Assembly (NCBI GenBank): GCA_020137815.1
Contig: CM035353.1
Location: 5,022,001-5,086,000, forward strand
DNA: 64,000 nt
Direction of reading: 5' to 3'
From: Hormiphora californensis
Taxonomy: Eukaryota > Animalia > Ctenophora
The notes beneath the pieces were generated by a model. The model searched no databases, was not told where the DNA came from, and saw nothing but the letters and a program-made list of their open reading frames with translations. This document shows, piece by piece, positions 12,101 through 25,383 of the stretch. The translations under genes and the position numbers were made by a program. The first letter of the stretch is position 1, and every line of letters starts with the position of its first letter.

Positions 12101-12554
12101 CAAGACGCTTATGTTACTATTCATTTAAACATTTAATTTAACTAGAAGAAGTTTGAACATTAATGTTACTATTATATAAACGAAGGTTTTAGAAATGAGG
12201 GTATACACTTTCTTTTAAAATGTGCCCCGCCCACTGCACCATGCTGCATGCAGTGAGGTTTGAGGTAGGGCCCCTGACCTAAACAATCCCCGCAAGTCAT
12301 ACAACGTGCTAAATGTGGACAAGCTACAAGGGCCCAACGAAATCTTTTACATTCGGCAGCAAGTTATGATACTTTTTCCCCACAGGCCTTTTTTGGGCAT
12401 CTTCTTGTCATTATTTCTACGAGGGGTTTTATCAGTGGTGGTGGGTTGGGTCTGAACTATAAACATGAAAAGTTAATAATATACTAATGTGACTTCTCGC
12501 AATTGAAATAGTTTTTAGCCCTGTTCCTGTTACCCCCATCCTTTAAAAACTCCT

Positions 12555-12770
12555 TCAAAATGTCATTGACGTTTTGTTCGTTCTCAGAGTTGTAGATTTT
12601 GAAAAACGTCCATCGGCTTTCGATGCGTGGCAGTACACGCAAGGATGTTTAGCACTGTTGCTCATGACACCAGCTATCAAGTTGAGAACTTTTAGGTCTC
12701 CAGTGAACATGAATTCCAAATCGTCCAAACCAAGTTGACATGTTGACAGTTGAGGCATGTGCGTCCCCAC
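12555..12770 (-). mobile_element. DDE transposase fragment of the Chapaev/Transib/RAG1-like group
   Basis: FTGDLKVLNLIAGVMSNSAKHPCVYC matches the D-x-K-(6)-G...P-C-x-x-C segment around the second catalytic Asp of CMC/Transib-type transposases. Confidence 0.6.
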
Positions 12771-13010
12771 TGCTATCTAGTCCAAATTGGCGGGAAATCA
12801 TACATGATGAAAACATACATGTAGCATTCGTTACATAACTACCGGGTTATATAAGTTATACACAAGGACACCTTGCTAATCTATGTTTCACATTTACACA
12901 GTTATTGGATTACGCATCTATTTAGGGTGACGGTACACTAGGTTGGCGGATGTCGCATGTCCGTCGCATATCCATACAGGTGTTAGTTTAGCTCCATTCG
13001 GGTACCAACA

Positions 13011-13078
13011 TGATTAGTAATCATTAGTAATCATTAGTAATCATTAGTAATCATTAGTAATCATTAGTAATCATTGAT
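13011..13078. repeat. 10-bp tandem repeat (AATCATTAGT)n, about 6 copies
   Basis: Read directly. Confidence 0.85.
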
Positions 13079-13154
13079 TATATATAATACATATGTCCTT
13101 TTCCAGGCATGGTTAAGTGCCGGTTAGAAAAGAATACACACACACACCCTGCAC

Positions 13155-13571
13155 GATAAAAGCTTATAGCCTCCTTTTCCAATGTGTACAAGCAGGGATG
13201 CAACCCTCCGCTCTGGAGTAGCTTCATTCAGGATAAATAGTTGCGTTAACCGGTCCAACCATCCTCTTAAAGAGTCAGCTTGTCCGTCCCAAGCTTCTAT
13301 GCTGCTTACCATCTTCGTCGCCATTTGTTCTACCTTGCTAATTGGAGAGAACTGATTAACTAGGATCTATGATAACTTTGATTGGTGATAACTTTGATTG
13401 GTGATAACTTTGATTTTGTTGACTGCTAACACATGCTTTGATTTGTTGTTTAGGAACTGTTCAAAATATATAAAAACGTCGGACAAATTGGAATAAATAA
13501 ATCTCGCTCTGCCAGCGCGCGCGGCCTCGTACAACTACAAAAGTTAGAAGCCGTGCGTGCTGACCCTAACA
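13155..13571 (-). mobile_element. Ty3/Gypsy (Mag-like) 5' LTR, PBS and truncated gag
   Basis: LTR TG...CA at 13571-13326 followed by aaTGGCGACGAAG PBS and gag start MVSSIEAWDGQADSLRGWLDRL; near-identical to 30275-30668. Confidence 0.85.
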
Positions 13572-13740
13572 ATAAGTTTCCTCCATGAGCTGCCCCTGGC
13601 ATCTATTGCAAATGACGTGTCCTTCCGGGCATTGGTTTACCGGGGGTCGAACCATACAATAGCATACGGGACATTTCAATAATTCTCGTAGTTCCTCCTC
13701 TTTGGTTGATGAGGGTTGTTCAGACATGCTGCTACACTGG
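13572..13740 (-). pseudogene. Third SINA/SIAH-like RING copy, interrupted by the Gypsy LTR
   Basis: EEELRELLKCPVCYCMVRPPVNQCPEGHVICNRC; its distal part resumes at ~12985-13120, homologous to 9805-9860. Confidence 0.75.
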
Positions 13741-15370
13741 GAAGCACTAATTAAGTAATACGGTCTACATTCGGTACAAGAATCGCAATGGAGATATATA
13801 TCTCTCCCCTTCTTCTTCTCCACCTTGATCCAGAACGCTCTACGTTCGCCTCCAGGGGAAGAGTCCAGGGGACTTGTCTCCCGGTCCGTCTACAGAATCG
13901 ACTTTCTTTGTAAAACACCCCTGTTCGCTGTATGGCATCTTCCAGGTTCGTATTAATGTACTTAGCAGTTAGTTCAAACCCTTTAGCATTCAGAAAGGTC
14001 TAAATGTGCCTGCTGGATAGTTGAAAGTCTTCATTGAATCCACTGACTCCACCCCCCCCTGTCTGAACGTTACAGATATATTATATGTCGTCACGGCCTC
14101 CAGGGCCTCTCAAACAGCGTAGGAACAATCCCAACGCCACACGGCAGTACCTGGCCCTGGTGTTGGTACAGTTGTTTCCTGTACGGTGTAACAAACTCTG
14201 TTTTTTACAAAGTACTAAACACGGGAGATTATAGAGTTTAAGATTTATTACAAAGATTGCAAGTTTAAGAATTAAGGTTTAATAAAGAATATATAAAGTT
14301 CCCGATTCACACACTGCCATAATTTTTTGAGGTCACAAGCAATACTTATTTGGGATTAGCAATTCTCAGCTCCGTTTACGTTTTAATGCTCGAAATACAG
14401 CTGGGTTAGTGAATAAAAACATGCTGGCTAGAGGACCATCGATTCCGTCTTCTTTTTGATATGTTCGACCAGAAAAGGTTTGAACACATGGAAGGCCCAG
14501 TCTGCTGGATCGAGACCTGTTACCTTTGCCTTGGGGGGCAGTTCTATGTATAATTGTGTGCATACCTTATTTGCCTTTGGTAGGAGAGGATGGTTGTTCA
14601 ATCAAGCTGGTTGAGTGAAACCTCCTGATCCTTTCAGATGGGCCGTGAGACACTGTTCAATAGCCAGGTCGAAGGCAGTCCCAGAGTACGACTCTGTCTG
14701 ATATCACAATGTGTCCTGCCCGAAACTGATTCAAAGTCTCTGAGTCTAGATCCTAACCGCTCAGTTCATTACGGGATTCCTTCCTTTTTTGCGAATATCT
14801 CCATTTCTACTGGCTCTTCCCTATTAACTTTTTTAGCTCGATGTCTTTTTCGTAATTGATTTTATCATTTCCCCATAAAAATATATTCCTACCTACGCCC
14901 AGACAACACCCATGCGAGGGTGATTTGCCATGATCTGTCTGAGATGTCACAGATACCACGGCTGTAGTCCCATACCATACGTAGCGCGCGGAGCTCTCCA
15001 ATGTATTGTGAGTGCGCGCAGTAAGCATCACTGAGATCATAAGTGAACATGCTTTTTCTTAACCTCACTGCAGCAGCGGTTTTGTTGCTTTGTTGCTTGG
15101 CTTTGTCCCTCTTGTTCCGATCCCAGCTCAGGGGCGTAGCGTGGCCTTTGACCACGCTTCGCCCCGCTTGTCCGGGTCCAGAGCGGAAGTTTTTTGACTA
15201 TTTTCATCAATCTGAGGCCGATTTTATTGCTTAAATTCAGAGTGGTGGAGAGGATGCAGATGATATTTACTAATTTCCTAATTAAAAGCATTTGCATAAA
15301 AGGTTTGGTGAATAATTTTGAATATATTATGTGTTACAATATGTGTTACGAATGTCGAATTAACAGCTAA

Positions 15371-15570
15371 CTAACACACGAATGTAAAAGCTGCTCTCCG
15401 ATTTTTCGTTGCAGCGAATTTGTCCACTAGCTTGTCTAAGTCTAAACGCGAGGCAATGTCTCTGTTGCAGCTTATTAGTGCTAAATTACTCGATCTCTCG
15501 TTGCCCATCGTGGCTCTCAATATGGATTTCACCAGTCTCAACACACTAAAGCTTCGTTCACAAGTGACCT
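15371..15570 (-). mobile_element. hAT transposase C-terminal dimerisation-domain fragment
   Basis: TCERSFSVLRLVKSILRATMGNERSSNLALISCNRDIA..LDLDKLVDKFA is the canonical hATC motif. Confidence 0.85.
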
Positions 15571-15609
15571 TGCCTTGTTCGACCCTCCCTCCCCGGTTTG
15601 AACAAAACA

Positions 15610-15924
15610 AGCCATACCAAGGAGACCTCAAATATGCAATTTTATTTTTGCTACAGCTGTTTAAAAAATGTCCTGTAAATACGTTTTTGGCATCTAAAAA
15701 AATTTTCTTAAGATAGGAGCATGAAAATTTGGGGATTTGAAGAGGACATGAAGGTGAATAACCACAACAAAATTTTTTGCAATCCGAGCTGATTTCCGGT
15801 CCTGAGATGGATTTTGAGATGCCAAAAACGTATTTACAGGACATTTTTTAAACAGCTGTAGCAAAAATATGAATTCGACTGAAGAGCTAAAATTGCATAT
15901 TTGAGGTCTCCTTGGTATGGCCTT
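15610..15924. mobile_element. Palindromic MITE (GCCATACCAAGGAGACCTCAAATATGCAAT TIR)
   Basis: About 100-bp arms are reverse complements. Confidence 0.8.
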
Positions 15925-17618
15925 AGGCCTACAACCCTACGGTGAGAGATTTCCCTGCACTCGAAAAAAAATTTCGGTCGGCGTAAAGTCCTTTGTTATT
16001 TAATTCCTTTACTTGTCTCGGCTGTTATACTTATATGTAATGGCTTGTTCCAGCCGGGCTACTTTGCAGTATTATCTGTTCCCCTGCAACCCCTCGTCCT
16101 TATCTTTGGCAATTTGTGCCCAGGCACACGTGGTGGGCAAGGCTTTTATTGTATTTTAATTGCATTTTGACTCTGCTTATCTCTCTCCTTTGCTCCTCCA
16201 ATATACCTCTCTTTCTCTCTCTCTCTCTCTAGTCTTTCTCTCTCTCACACCCTTTCTCTCACCCTTTCTCTCCACCGTATTTTGTTTCATAAAAATGTCG
16301 GACGTTTTCTTGTTGTAGTGTGTGATGTAAGGCGCTCAACTGCAACCGGGCTCAACACTTCCTTCACTCTCTCACCAAGCCCGACGCTATCTTCCCCTCT
16401 CCTCTTTATCTCCCTCCCTCCCTCCCTCGACGTGAGAAAAAACGTTGTTAATTTTAAACAGCAAATATGTGTTGAGTCGACTGTTTAGAAAGGTGAGTCT
16501 CTGGCTCCGCTGCGCTAGTATTATTAACAACATACGCGTACGTGTCTCCAGTTCGCCCTTGAAAGGCCTTTGTCCCCGTATCACTCCCTCTCTCCCCTTT
16601 CAGTTACTTTCTCCCCTTTTCAACTCTCGTCGTCATAGTTTCTATTTTCTAATTTGCCTCTAGAGAACTATAGATTTCGAGAAGTTATCATTATATCCAT
16701 ATGACATATTTCTTATTCTAGTCTAATGCTCTTTATTGTTGAGGCCTCTTTGCATTGGTATTGAAAACATTTAGAATGTGACTTGCATTGTTTCTTCGTT
16801 GAATGTTAGTAACAGCTAATCGGTCGCAACGGTCCCGGAGTTTTTCGAACCACCTTCCCCTAGCCCCCCTTTCGTGCGCTCTCGTCTCCTCTTCCGTGCT
16901 TCATAGTCAGCTCTGTACATATGGTTCTTTCCTCTTATCGCTATCAGAGGTGACAAGGTGCAACAAACAGGAAAAGAGAAATACGATTATTTACCTATTA
17001 TCTAGTCTTGTTATTATGTAGAGCTTGTTTCTCTATTCCCTCTAAAATCTAAATATTAAATAATTGTTATATTGTTATCAAGAATGGGGGGCTGCTCAAC
17101 TAGCCATCCTAAAACTTGATCTTGTCGGTTTGTGTGAAAAGTTTAAAACTCTTTCGCCATATTATATCTCTTAGTTTCTCTTCTGAGCAAGGAGTAAACA
17201 ATTTCATATTATGTTGGTAAATTGCACGCTCAGCTCAGCCATCTCGACTCTCGAAATTGCTACTCTTCTAAAACATTGGCCAAATTCTCTTCGCCCAATA
17301 TCTCTCCATAACAATTGCAAAAAATAAATGATATCGATTCTTCCCCGAAGAATCCGTAAATATTTTTATCCTCCTAAGTCACTCTCAACCATGATAAGAT
17401 CATCAAATACCTATCCTCAGTAACTCTCAGCCACTCTGAGAGAGAAACACGAGGAACCTAACTCGTGTGCCATACACCCTCACAGGTTTTATCACAAATA
17501 GCCACTTCTTATAATGACATTTGGTTCCTCTCTTCCAGATCTTATAAATACTTCCTTGTTGGATTTCTTTTAGGTCGACCTTCACTTTTGTATTTCCTAT
17601 ATCCCTTCTTGGTACATA

Positions 17619-18742
17619 CCGCGCGGCCCAAAAAAAACTAAGGGTACGTTGGCCTTCTTTTCTACTAGAAATTTAATTTCAATCACTCTGATATTTTGTC
17701 GCAATATTTGTATGATTACTCATTCGAGGAATCCGGAGTTTCAGCCCTCTGGATGAAAATTCATTTTTTTCGCCCGAATGAACATTTAATGAACGCCAAA
17801 ACGGGACCATATTTTGGTACCAAAGTTTTACAAATTTGTTTGGCTATCGATTTTCTTTCGAACGCGACCAGTTTGAGCTTAATTGGATCACCAAAAGAAT
17901 CACAGTGACCAGTTTACTAGCCTAGGTTGGGTCATGTGATCCCCATCAAATTGTGACGTGTTAGCAAGAGAACTTACATTCTAACGGACGCTGTATCGGT
18001 ATACCGTCCTAATTAGCAGATGTGATACGTGATACGCGACCGTTACACCTGCTTATTGGCACTTAGTAATGACGCTAGCGGTCCAATAGGGGTCACTTGG
18101 CCAGACCTAGTGTCGGAAAAGTGGCCACTGTGTCTCTTGTGGTGGTCCAATTGACCTAAAATTAGTCGCGTTTGAAAGGAAATCGTTACCCAAAGGCGAC
18201 TGTGAAATTCCGGTCTGGAATACCTTTTTTGTTTTCAAGTTCATTTATGATTCATTCCAGTCGTAAAAATGAATTTTTAGATAGAGAGCCGAAATTCTAG
18301 CTAACATCAATATCGATCAAGTGTAATGGCCGTACGAATTTTTAGCGCCTGAATTTACCAATTTCTTGCCAAAACGGGTTAAAATCGATGTTTGGTAAAA
18401 ATGACCGTTTTTTAATCATATCATTTATCATATCATTTATTTCACCAACTAAACTTGATTCATTTTTAATAAAAACTCGGATTGCCATTTATTATTGTTT
18501 ACTCTAATGCATGGTTGCTATTTTTAAGAATAAAATCGAATTTAACCATGAGAAAACTTGGAAAAACCCGAAAAACGAGAAATTGGGTTCATTCATGAAC
18601 TTCACACTTTTATGTTTTGAAACTCCGGATTCCTCGAATGAGTAACCATACAAATATTGTGACAAAATATCAGAGTGATCGAAATTAAACTTCTGGGAGA
18701 AAAGAAGGCCAACGTACCCTTAGTTTTTTTTGGGCCGCGCGG
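17619..18742. mobile_element. Non-autonomous TIR element, ~125-bp TIRs, TA TSD, internal degenerate palindrome
   Basis: TA|CCGCGCGGCCCAAAAAAAACTAAGGGTACG...CGTACCCTTAGTTTTTTTTGGGCCGCGCGG|TA. Confidence 0.9.
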
Positions 18743-20030
18743 TACAACCAATGGTAGAGACACACAGATGACCGCGTGGACCTAGTTATCCTATCGGTCC
18801 GCCCCAGTCCGTGGCGGTGTGTGCCTCCGTGCAGATGACTCGGTTAGGAACTGACTTCCCAAAAAACGGTTGGTCTCCTCTTTTTCTCTTTTCCACTATA
18901 TCCTCTTTCAGTATATAGATCGAGATCTGACAACTATTTTACGTGGGTGATAAAAAGGGGTGCAGGTGATCGCTATGCCTATAGTCTCAAATTTTTCAAC
19001 GCAGTGCAAGGGTTCTTCGAATGGGAGTCCCAATCATAATAATTGTCTCTGGTTGGAAGCGTATTGAGCCTCACTCCAATTGTCGCAGAATCTTCATTCT
19101 TAAGGTATACCCTATAATAATAATTTAATACATTGTAATTAATCTCCGGGGTCTCCATTTTAACAAGCTGGGTGTTAGGGAAATGGCCCGAGAAATGAGA
19201 ATTCTTGCAAACCCAAACGCCATTTCCGCATTTTGCGGGGAGTAGTCGTTGGTTGCGCTTCAAACGTTGCTCGGTACTGCACAGCGCCATTACTTTTTGT
19301 TGTCGCCTCTAGATCCGCTTCTTGTCGTCTCTATTTTAACCAGCTGGGTGTTGGGGTTTGTTATGTTTGCCTCGCAGACATAATAATCTAGTTGACGTGT
19401 TTCCGCCCATACGCGGTTTACTGTCGTGATGACTCATAGAATTTTAACAATACAATTTAACATTTTGAAAGTTCTTGCAGTTCACACTTTACTGGTATAT
19501 ATATAATAATTCTCTCGTAGTATTATGTTTAGTGATCAGTATGCCTTCTTGCTCGCTTTCGTTTTCAGTGCCGCCCGTTTTGTATCGTGCCACTCGTCGT
19601 TAGAGATTTGCTGGACTCTAGTTGGGTGAAGGAATTTTTTAATTGCGTGGTTAATGGTTATTATATTACGTTTTACCAGTTGAGTGTATATAGCATTTGC
19701 AAACAATATCAACTATCAAATTAAAATAATACATTAGACAGATTACAATAAAAGTTTTATCTGAACTTTTGTTACTTCGACACATGTTGAAAGTTGTAGC
19801 TATACCTCCAACATCGTCTATGTAGCTGTTTGCATAGACAATGACCCCATCTTTCCAAATCCCTACACTTGGCCTGTAGCATCAATACGCAGGCCGGCTT
19901 GCCGATAGTATTCTCATATACCTGTTATTTATCATATGCACTCGTCTAAGAGGACCGACGTGTGATTGTAATAGTTTTGTTATATCGACTCATTATCACT
20001 ACGAATAGAAATTAATGTTATTTTAAGAAT

Positions 20031-20941
20031 TTAAATTTTGTTATTATAGTGACCGACAAAAATGAGACATTTCTGCCACCATTGCTCACTACAGAGGCCT
20101 ACCTGTGCAGTGGCCAGTCCGGTAGCGGAAGATTTAAAAACAATGATACAATTGAGTCCCCTCCGCAGCCCAGAAACCCGACTGGCTTCAGAGTACCCCC
20201 CATACCTGCCAGCACTAAAGGTTCGGTGGATAATTCCAGTTGCCTGTGGTCCATATTCTCCCTGTGCTTTAGCCAGGTTGCCTCTTGCCGTCGCCTTAAT
20301 TGCCACCATCTGCTCCTGGTATTGCTTCTTCATCTCCTTTTTCTTTTCCTCCAACTGTCAGCTTACTATCCCCTCTGCGTTTTCCTCCTGCTCCTTTGCC
20401 TCTGATGCCGCCTGGCTTAACAAGCTGAGGACTGGTCCCCGATGTTCTGCGCTGATCTCTAGTTCTGTGAGAAACTTCTCGCAAGAAATGGTAGACGTTG
20501 GATCAGTCATCACGCTACAAGAGAGGGGAGAAAGAGTTAAGATTGGGTTTTAGACAACAATTGAGAGGGGGGTTTATCGTGGTAGGAGTAGCACACAAGT
20601 TTGCTGGGGCTAAAACGAAAGGAAAACATAAGAATAATTCAATTGATTCACTACTACTACATAAAAAACGTTCCAGTTCCTTGCCAGGTACGTCCTGGCC
20701 GGATTTACTCGTCGTCTATGTGTCCGAAATATCCACAGGCTTTACAGAAGACCAGCTGCTGCTCGGGGATAATCATGCCGTAGTATCCAAAGACTGCTCT
20801 GCACAGGCCGGCCCAATCCTCCCTCTCGAACGCGTCATCCACTCGGTCGCCAGCTCCTGTTTCGTGTTGATTGCTTGTCGCATGAAGCGCCGCCTTTCCA
20901 CGTTGTTGGCTTCCTGTCTCTGGTCTCGGTAATTTCCCCAT
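20031..20941 (-). pseudogene. Spliced zinc-knuckle/coiled-coil gene remnant, copy 1
   Basis: WAGLCRAVFGYYG...FCKACGYFGH segment, a pyrimidine-tract acceptor (ctcttgtag) at ~20515, then a coiled-coil exon with an internal stop. Confidence 0.5.
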
Positions 20942-21289
20942 TCATATTCAGTTTGTGGCCCCTCTGGCCTCCTCGTCCTTCTGCTCCTTCTGCTTCCTCG
21001 CTGCCATCATCGTGCGTCCGTCCAGCTACTCCACCCATCCGATTCATCCCCCCATGCCGGGCCCACTCCTGCTGATCCTGTGCCTCCGCCACCACCTCTG
21101 ATGGCGCCGATATTTGCACCCGTTCCCTCATGATCTGCTGCCCCACCTTTCCGTCCCCCTCTGGGGATTTGAGACTGCACTGTTTCCAAACCTCGTCAGA
21201 AGTGTCATCATGACCGCTATCGTTCTGAAAACAAAGGGGAAACGATATTAGTTCTGGTCGGTCACGGTGGTCACAACTTCGATAACACA

Positions 21290-21960
21290 TATTCTCCCTG
21301 TGCTTTAGCCAGGTTGCCTCTAATTGCCGTCGGCTTAATTTCATGCCTCCATCTGCTCCTGGTGGTGTTTCTTCATCTCATTTTTCTTTTCCTCCAACTA
21401 CCTGCGTGCTATCCCCTCTGCGTTTTCCACTTGATCCTTCGCCGCGTGGTAGGGGTAGTACAAGAGTTAGGTTGGGATAAAAATAAAACTATTAATTTTA
21501 GACACACGTACATGTAAAACCATTATTATTACCTCCTGCCTTGTCCGTCGATATATATATATTGTGCACACACGGCACTAATGTGGCCAAAGAATCCGCA
21601 TGTTTTGCAGTAGATAAATTGTTGCTGTTCTGGCATGATCATTCCATACCAGCCGAACACCGCTCTGCAGAGGGTTGCCCAATACTCGTCTTCATAGGTC
21701 ATACCAGCCCTGTTGCCGGCACCTGTCTCCTTATAATAATCCTGCCATACCACCTTTACATTAAATTAAGACCCGCCACTGCACGTTTGTCGCCCTCGTA
21801 CCTCTGGTAAAAGTGCCAAATTCTGGGGCCGTACGGTCTTCTGTTCTCTCCTGCCTCGCCTCTTCGCCAATCTCGACAGCCGTCCCCCCACTTCCCTTAC
21901 TGTTCTTAAATAGTAAAACTTTCTGCATCATGATCAACGATCTCCACTTCACGTTATAGT
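21290..21960 (-). pseudogene. Zinc-knuckle/coiled-coil gene remnant, copy 2 (CX2CX4HX4C)
   Basis: CKTCGFFGHISAVC; WATLCRAVFGWYG and LEEKKNEMKK segments are paralogous to copy 1. Confidence 0.55.
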
Positions 21961-24735
21961 GGAATCTTCCCTAATCCCTGTAACCGAAGTATAGTTACCA
22001 ACTCGAAGTAGTTACCAACTCGTGTACTCTGTCTGTGGTCCGTGTTCTTTCCTTGTTCCTCTTCTTACTCATCCTCATCTTCCCACTCCTCCCAACTGCC
22101 CCATATGTCGTCATTATCCCCCCCTGGACCGCTAGGTACCCTATATATGTATAAATTTTAGTTTCAACGTATATAAATTGACATAATAGCATTTTCCGAA
22201 GAAGGTCTTTGTCCACTGTCTCTAGCATTATAACATAGTAACATCCTGCAACGTTAATTCCCATTGACAGAGCTGTAGTGGAGATAATGATCCTAATCGT
22301 GCCCTTCATATTTTGAAGATCATCAACTATTTCTTTTTTCAATAAGATCGCTCGTTTGAGCGGTGTCTGACAGAGTTTAACAGAATATAATGGTACGTTT
22401 TCCACTGTCCATGAAGTCAGTAGGGTAGCGACTGGCTATTTGAAACAGTTTTTCACTTTTTTCCCTTGCCTGCCCACAAATCAAGTCGAACCCAAATTTT
22501 TTTGACCTTGTGTTACCCGAGACAGTCCCTGGGTAGTTTTTGGGGTGGTTGGAGATGTCTCATTTGGCTTCCGGGCCAGGGTCACGTGATATCTATCCAA
22601 TTTGGTGTTTCAGTTAGCCCGCCGCGGTCTGCTAATTTGAAACACCCGTATCTCCCTCAATTTCTCCACGAAACCGAAATTTTTGACATGGAATAGTTAG
22701 AAAAGGGTTGTGCAGAGCCATTCCATGTCTGAAATCTGAATTTGGTTGCATGTGCTTGGTGCAGTTAATGTTTCCAAAAAGTGTTTCAAATAGCCAGGAA
22801 AAACGGTTTTTTGCCCCAAATTCGGCCAATTTTTGGCGGAAATGGCTTAAATCATAATTCATATCCCCCCTATGCTCAAAATGAACATCAAAAATTCCGA
22901 CAGCGGATTTGGAGAAAAAGTGTTTCAAATAGCCCTCCTCAGTGTTCAAATTACCAGAATCGCTTGCCCTGCAGATCATAACATATCGGAAACCACTGAA
23001 CCCGACTAATTTCGATATGCTGAATCATCTGCTCCTGGTGGTGTTTCTTCATCTCATTTTTCTTTTCCTCCAACTACCTGCGTGCTATCCCCTCTGCGTT
23101 TTCCACTTGATCCTTCGCCGCGTGGTAGGGGTAGTACAAGAGTTAGGTTGGGATAAAAATAAAACTATTAATTTTAGACACACGTACATGTAAAACCATT
23201 ATTATTACCTCCTGCCTTGTCCGTCGATATATATATATTGTGCACACACGGCACTAATGTGGCCAAAGAATCCGCATGTTTTGCAGTAGATAAATTGTTG
23301 CTGTTCTGGCATGATCATTCCATACCAGCCGAACACCGCTCTGCAGAGGGTTGCCCAATACTCGTCTTCATAGGTCATACCAGCCCTGTTGCCGGCACCT
23401 GTCTCCTTATAATAATCCTGCCATACCACCTTTACATTAAATTAAGACCCGCCACTGCACGTTTGTCGCCTCGTACCTCTGGTAAAAGTGCCAAATTCTG
23501 GGGCCGTACGGTCTTCTGTTCTCTCCTGCCTCGCCTCTTCGCCAATCTCGACAGCCGTCCCCCACTTCCCTTACTGTTCTTAAATAGTAAAACTTTCTGC
23601 ATCATGATCAACGATCTCCACTTCACGTTATAGTGGAATCTTCCCTAATCCCTGTTAAACCGAAGTATAGTTACCAAATCTAAGAGTTACCAACTCGTGT
23701 ACTCTGTCTTGTGGTCCGTGTTCTTTCCTTGTTCCCTTCTTACTCATCCTCATCCTTCCCACTCCATCTTCCCACTCTCCCCACTTGCCCCCATATGTCG
23801 TCATTATCCCCACCGGACAGCTAGGTACCCTATAATATGTAATAAATTTTAGTTTCAACGTATTAATTGACATAATAGCATTTTTCCGAAGAAGGTCTGT
23901 CCACTGTCTCTAGCATTATAAAACATAGTCACATCCTGCAACGTAATTTTCCCATTGGACAGAGCTGTCTTGGAAGATAATGATTCTATCGTTCCCTTCA
24001 TATTTGAAATCATCACCTATTTCTTTTTTCATAGATCGCTCGTTTGAGCGGTGTCTGACAGAGTGTAACAGAATATAATGGTAACGTTTTCCCCTGTCCA
24101 TGAAATTCAGTAGGGTAGCGACTGGCTTATTTGAAAACAGTTTTTCACTTTTTTTTTTTTTTTTCCCTTGCCTCCCACAATCAGTCGAACCCAAATTTTT
24201 TTGACCTTGTGTTACCGATACAGTCCCTGGTAGTTTTTTGGGGTGGTTGGAGATGTCCATTTTTGGCTGCCGGGGCCAGGTCAGTGCTTCAATCCAAATT
24301 TGGTGTTTCAGTTAGCCGCGCGTCTGCTAATTGAAACACCGTATCTCCCTCAATTTCTTTCTTTTCTCCACGAAACCGAAATTTTTTTGACATGAATAGT
24401 TAGAACAGGGTTGTGCAGAAGCCTTCATGTCCCTAAATCTGATTGGTTGCATTTGTGGCTTGGTGCAGTTAATGTTTCCAAAAAAGTGTTTTCAAATAGC
24501 CAGGCAAACGTTTTTTTGCCCCAAATTCGGCCAATTTTTGGCGGAACTGGCTTAAATCATAATTCCATATCCCCCCTATGCTCAACAATTAACATCAAAA
24601 ATTTCCGAACGCGGATTTGGAGACAAGTGTTTCAAATAGCCCTCCTCGTGTTTCAAATACACCAGTAATCGCTTGCCCTGCAATCATAACAGAATCGGAA
24701 ACCCCTGAACACGACTAATTTCGATATGCTGAATC
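21350..24735. repeat. Direct tandem duplication, unit ~1.68 kb (21350-23024 and 23025-24735)
   Basis: Identical 74-aa ORFs at 21529 and 23205; the second unit accumulates indels after ~23650. Confidence 0.85.
22205..22410 (-). mobile_element. Superfamily-2 (RecQ-like) helicase C-terminal fragment, AcademH-like; degraded duplicate at ~23890-24100
   Basis: KKEIVDDLQ..KGTIRIIISTTALSMGINV matches helicase motif V (ATxAxGMGIN). Confidence 0.6.
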
Positions 24736-25383
24736 ACGTAAGCAACTTTTCCAATCCGTCTGAGCAGATTAAGTGCCCTAATTGAGTATAATTGGGTCTA
24801 ATGACCTTAATTGCGATCAATTAAGTACTTTCCCCCGACCTCTGAGGGATTGGAAAGGGGCTGCTTACGTGATTCAGCGGTATCAAAATTAGTCGAACGT
24901 GCCCTCACATAAGTATAAATCATTTCCCGGTGAAAGTTGTAAATGGGGTCATTAAGACCCAATTAGCTTAATTAGAACCCTTTTTCCGATCTGAGACGGA
25001 GCCCAAGTTTAAAAAGCTATTTATAATTAATTTACATTTTCTCAATTTTCATTTTTTGAAATAAAAAGGAAATCTTTGAATTTATTTAACACAAGGATTG
25101 TTTCTATTCCAGAATTTTTAAAATAACGGCCATTCCGCAAACCGTTTGCTAGGCATCTCCCAACAATATGTCTCATATGAACCCTCCTCGTGCGCACCGG
25201 GCCGAAGGCCCGGTGCGGCTACGTGAGGCCGCGTAGGCGAGGTTGCGCGATGTACAGTCAGTGTATGACAAAAGACAAGCTACTACATACGCGGCACTGC
25301 GTTTCAAATAGCCAGACCATGCGTTTCAAATAGTCAGACACTGTTTCACATTGGCAGGCGTTTCAAATAGCCAGTGGCTACCC
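24113..25383. mobile_element. TIR element GGGTAGC(G/C)ACTGGCTATTTGAAAC with TA flanks; truncated copy at 22423-23024
   Basis: TA|GGGTAGCGACTGGC...GTTTCAAATAGCCAGTGGCTACCC|TA; internal TTTCAAATAGCC subrepeats. Confidence 0.8.

Noticed and set aside
15371-15844. 157-aa ORF as a complete gene
   Set aside because: Only the last ~65 aa are hAT; the upstream part reads through an unrelated MITE.
17901-18132. CACAGTG...CACTGTG pair resembling RSS heptamers or Transib ends
   Set aside because: It lies inside a longer palindrome that continues outward on both sides; no nonamer or 5-bp TSD is evident.
23650-24735. Apparent rapid divergence of the second unit of the 1.68-kb duplication
   Set aside because: Indel density rises along the unit like read decay; the duplication itself may be an overlap artefact.
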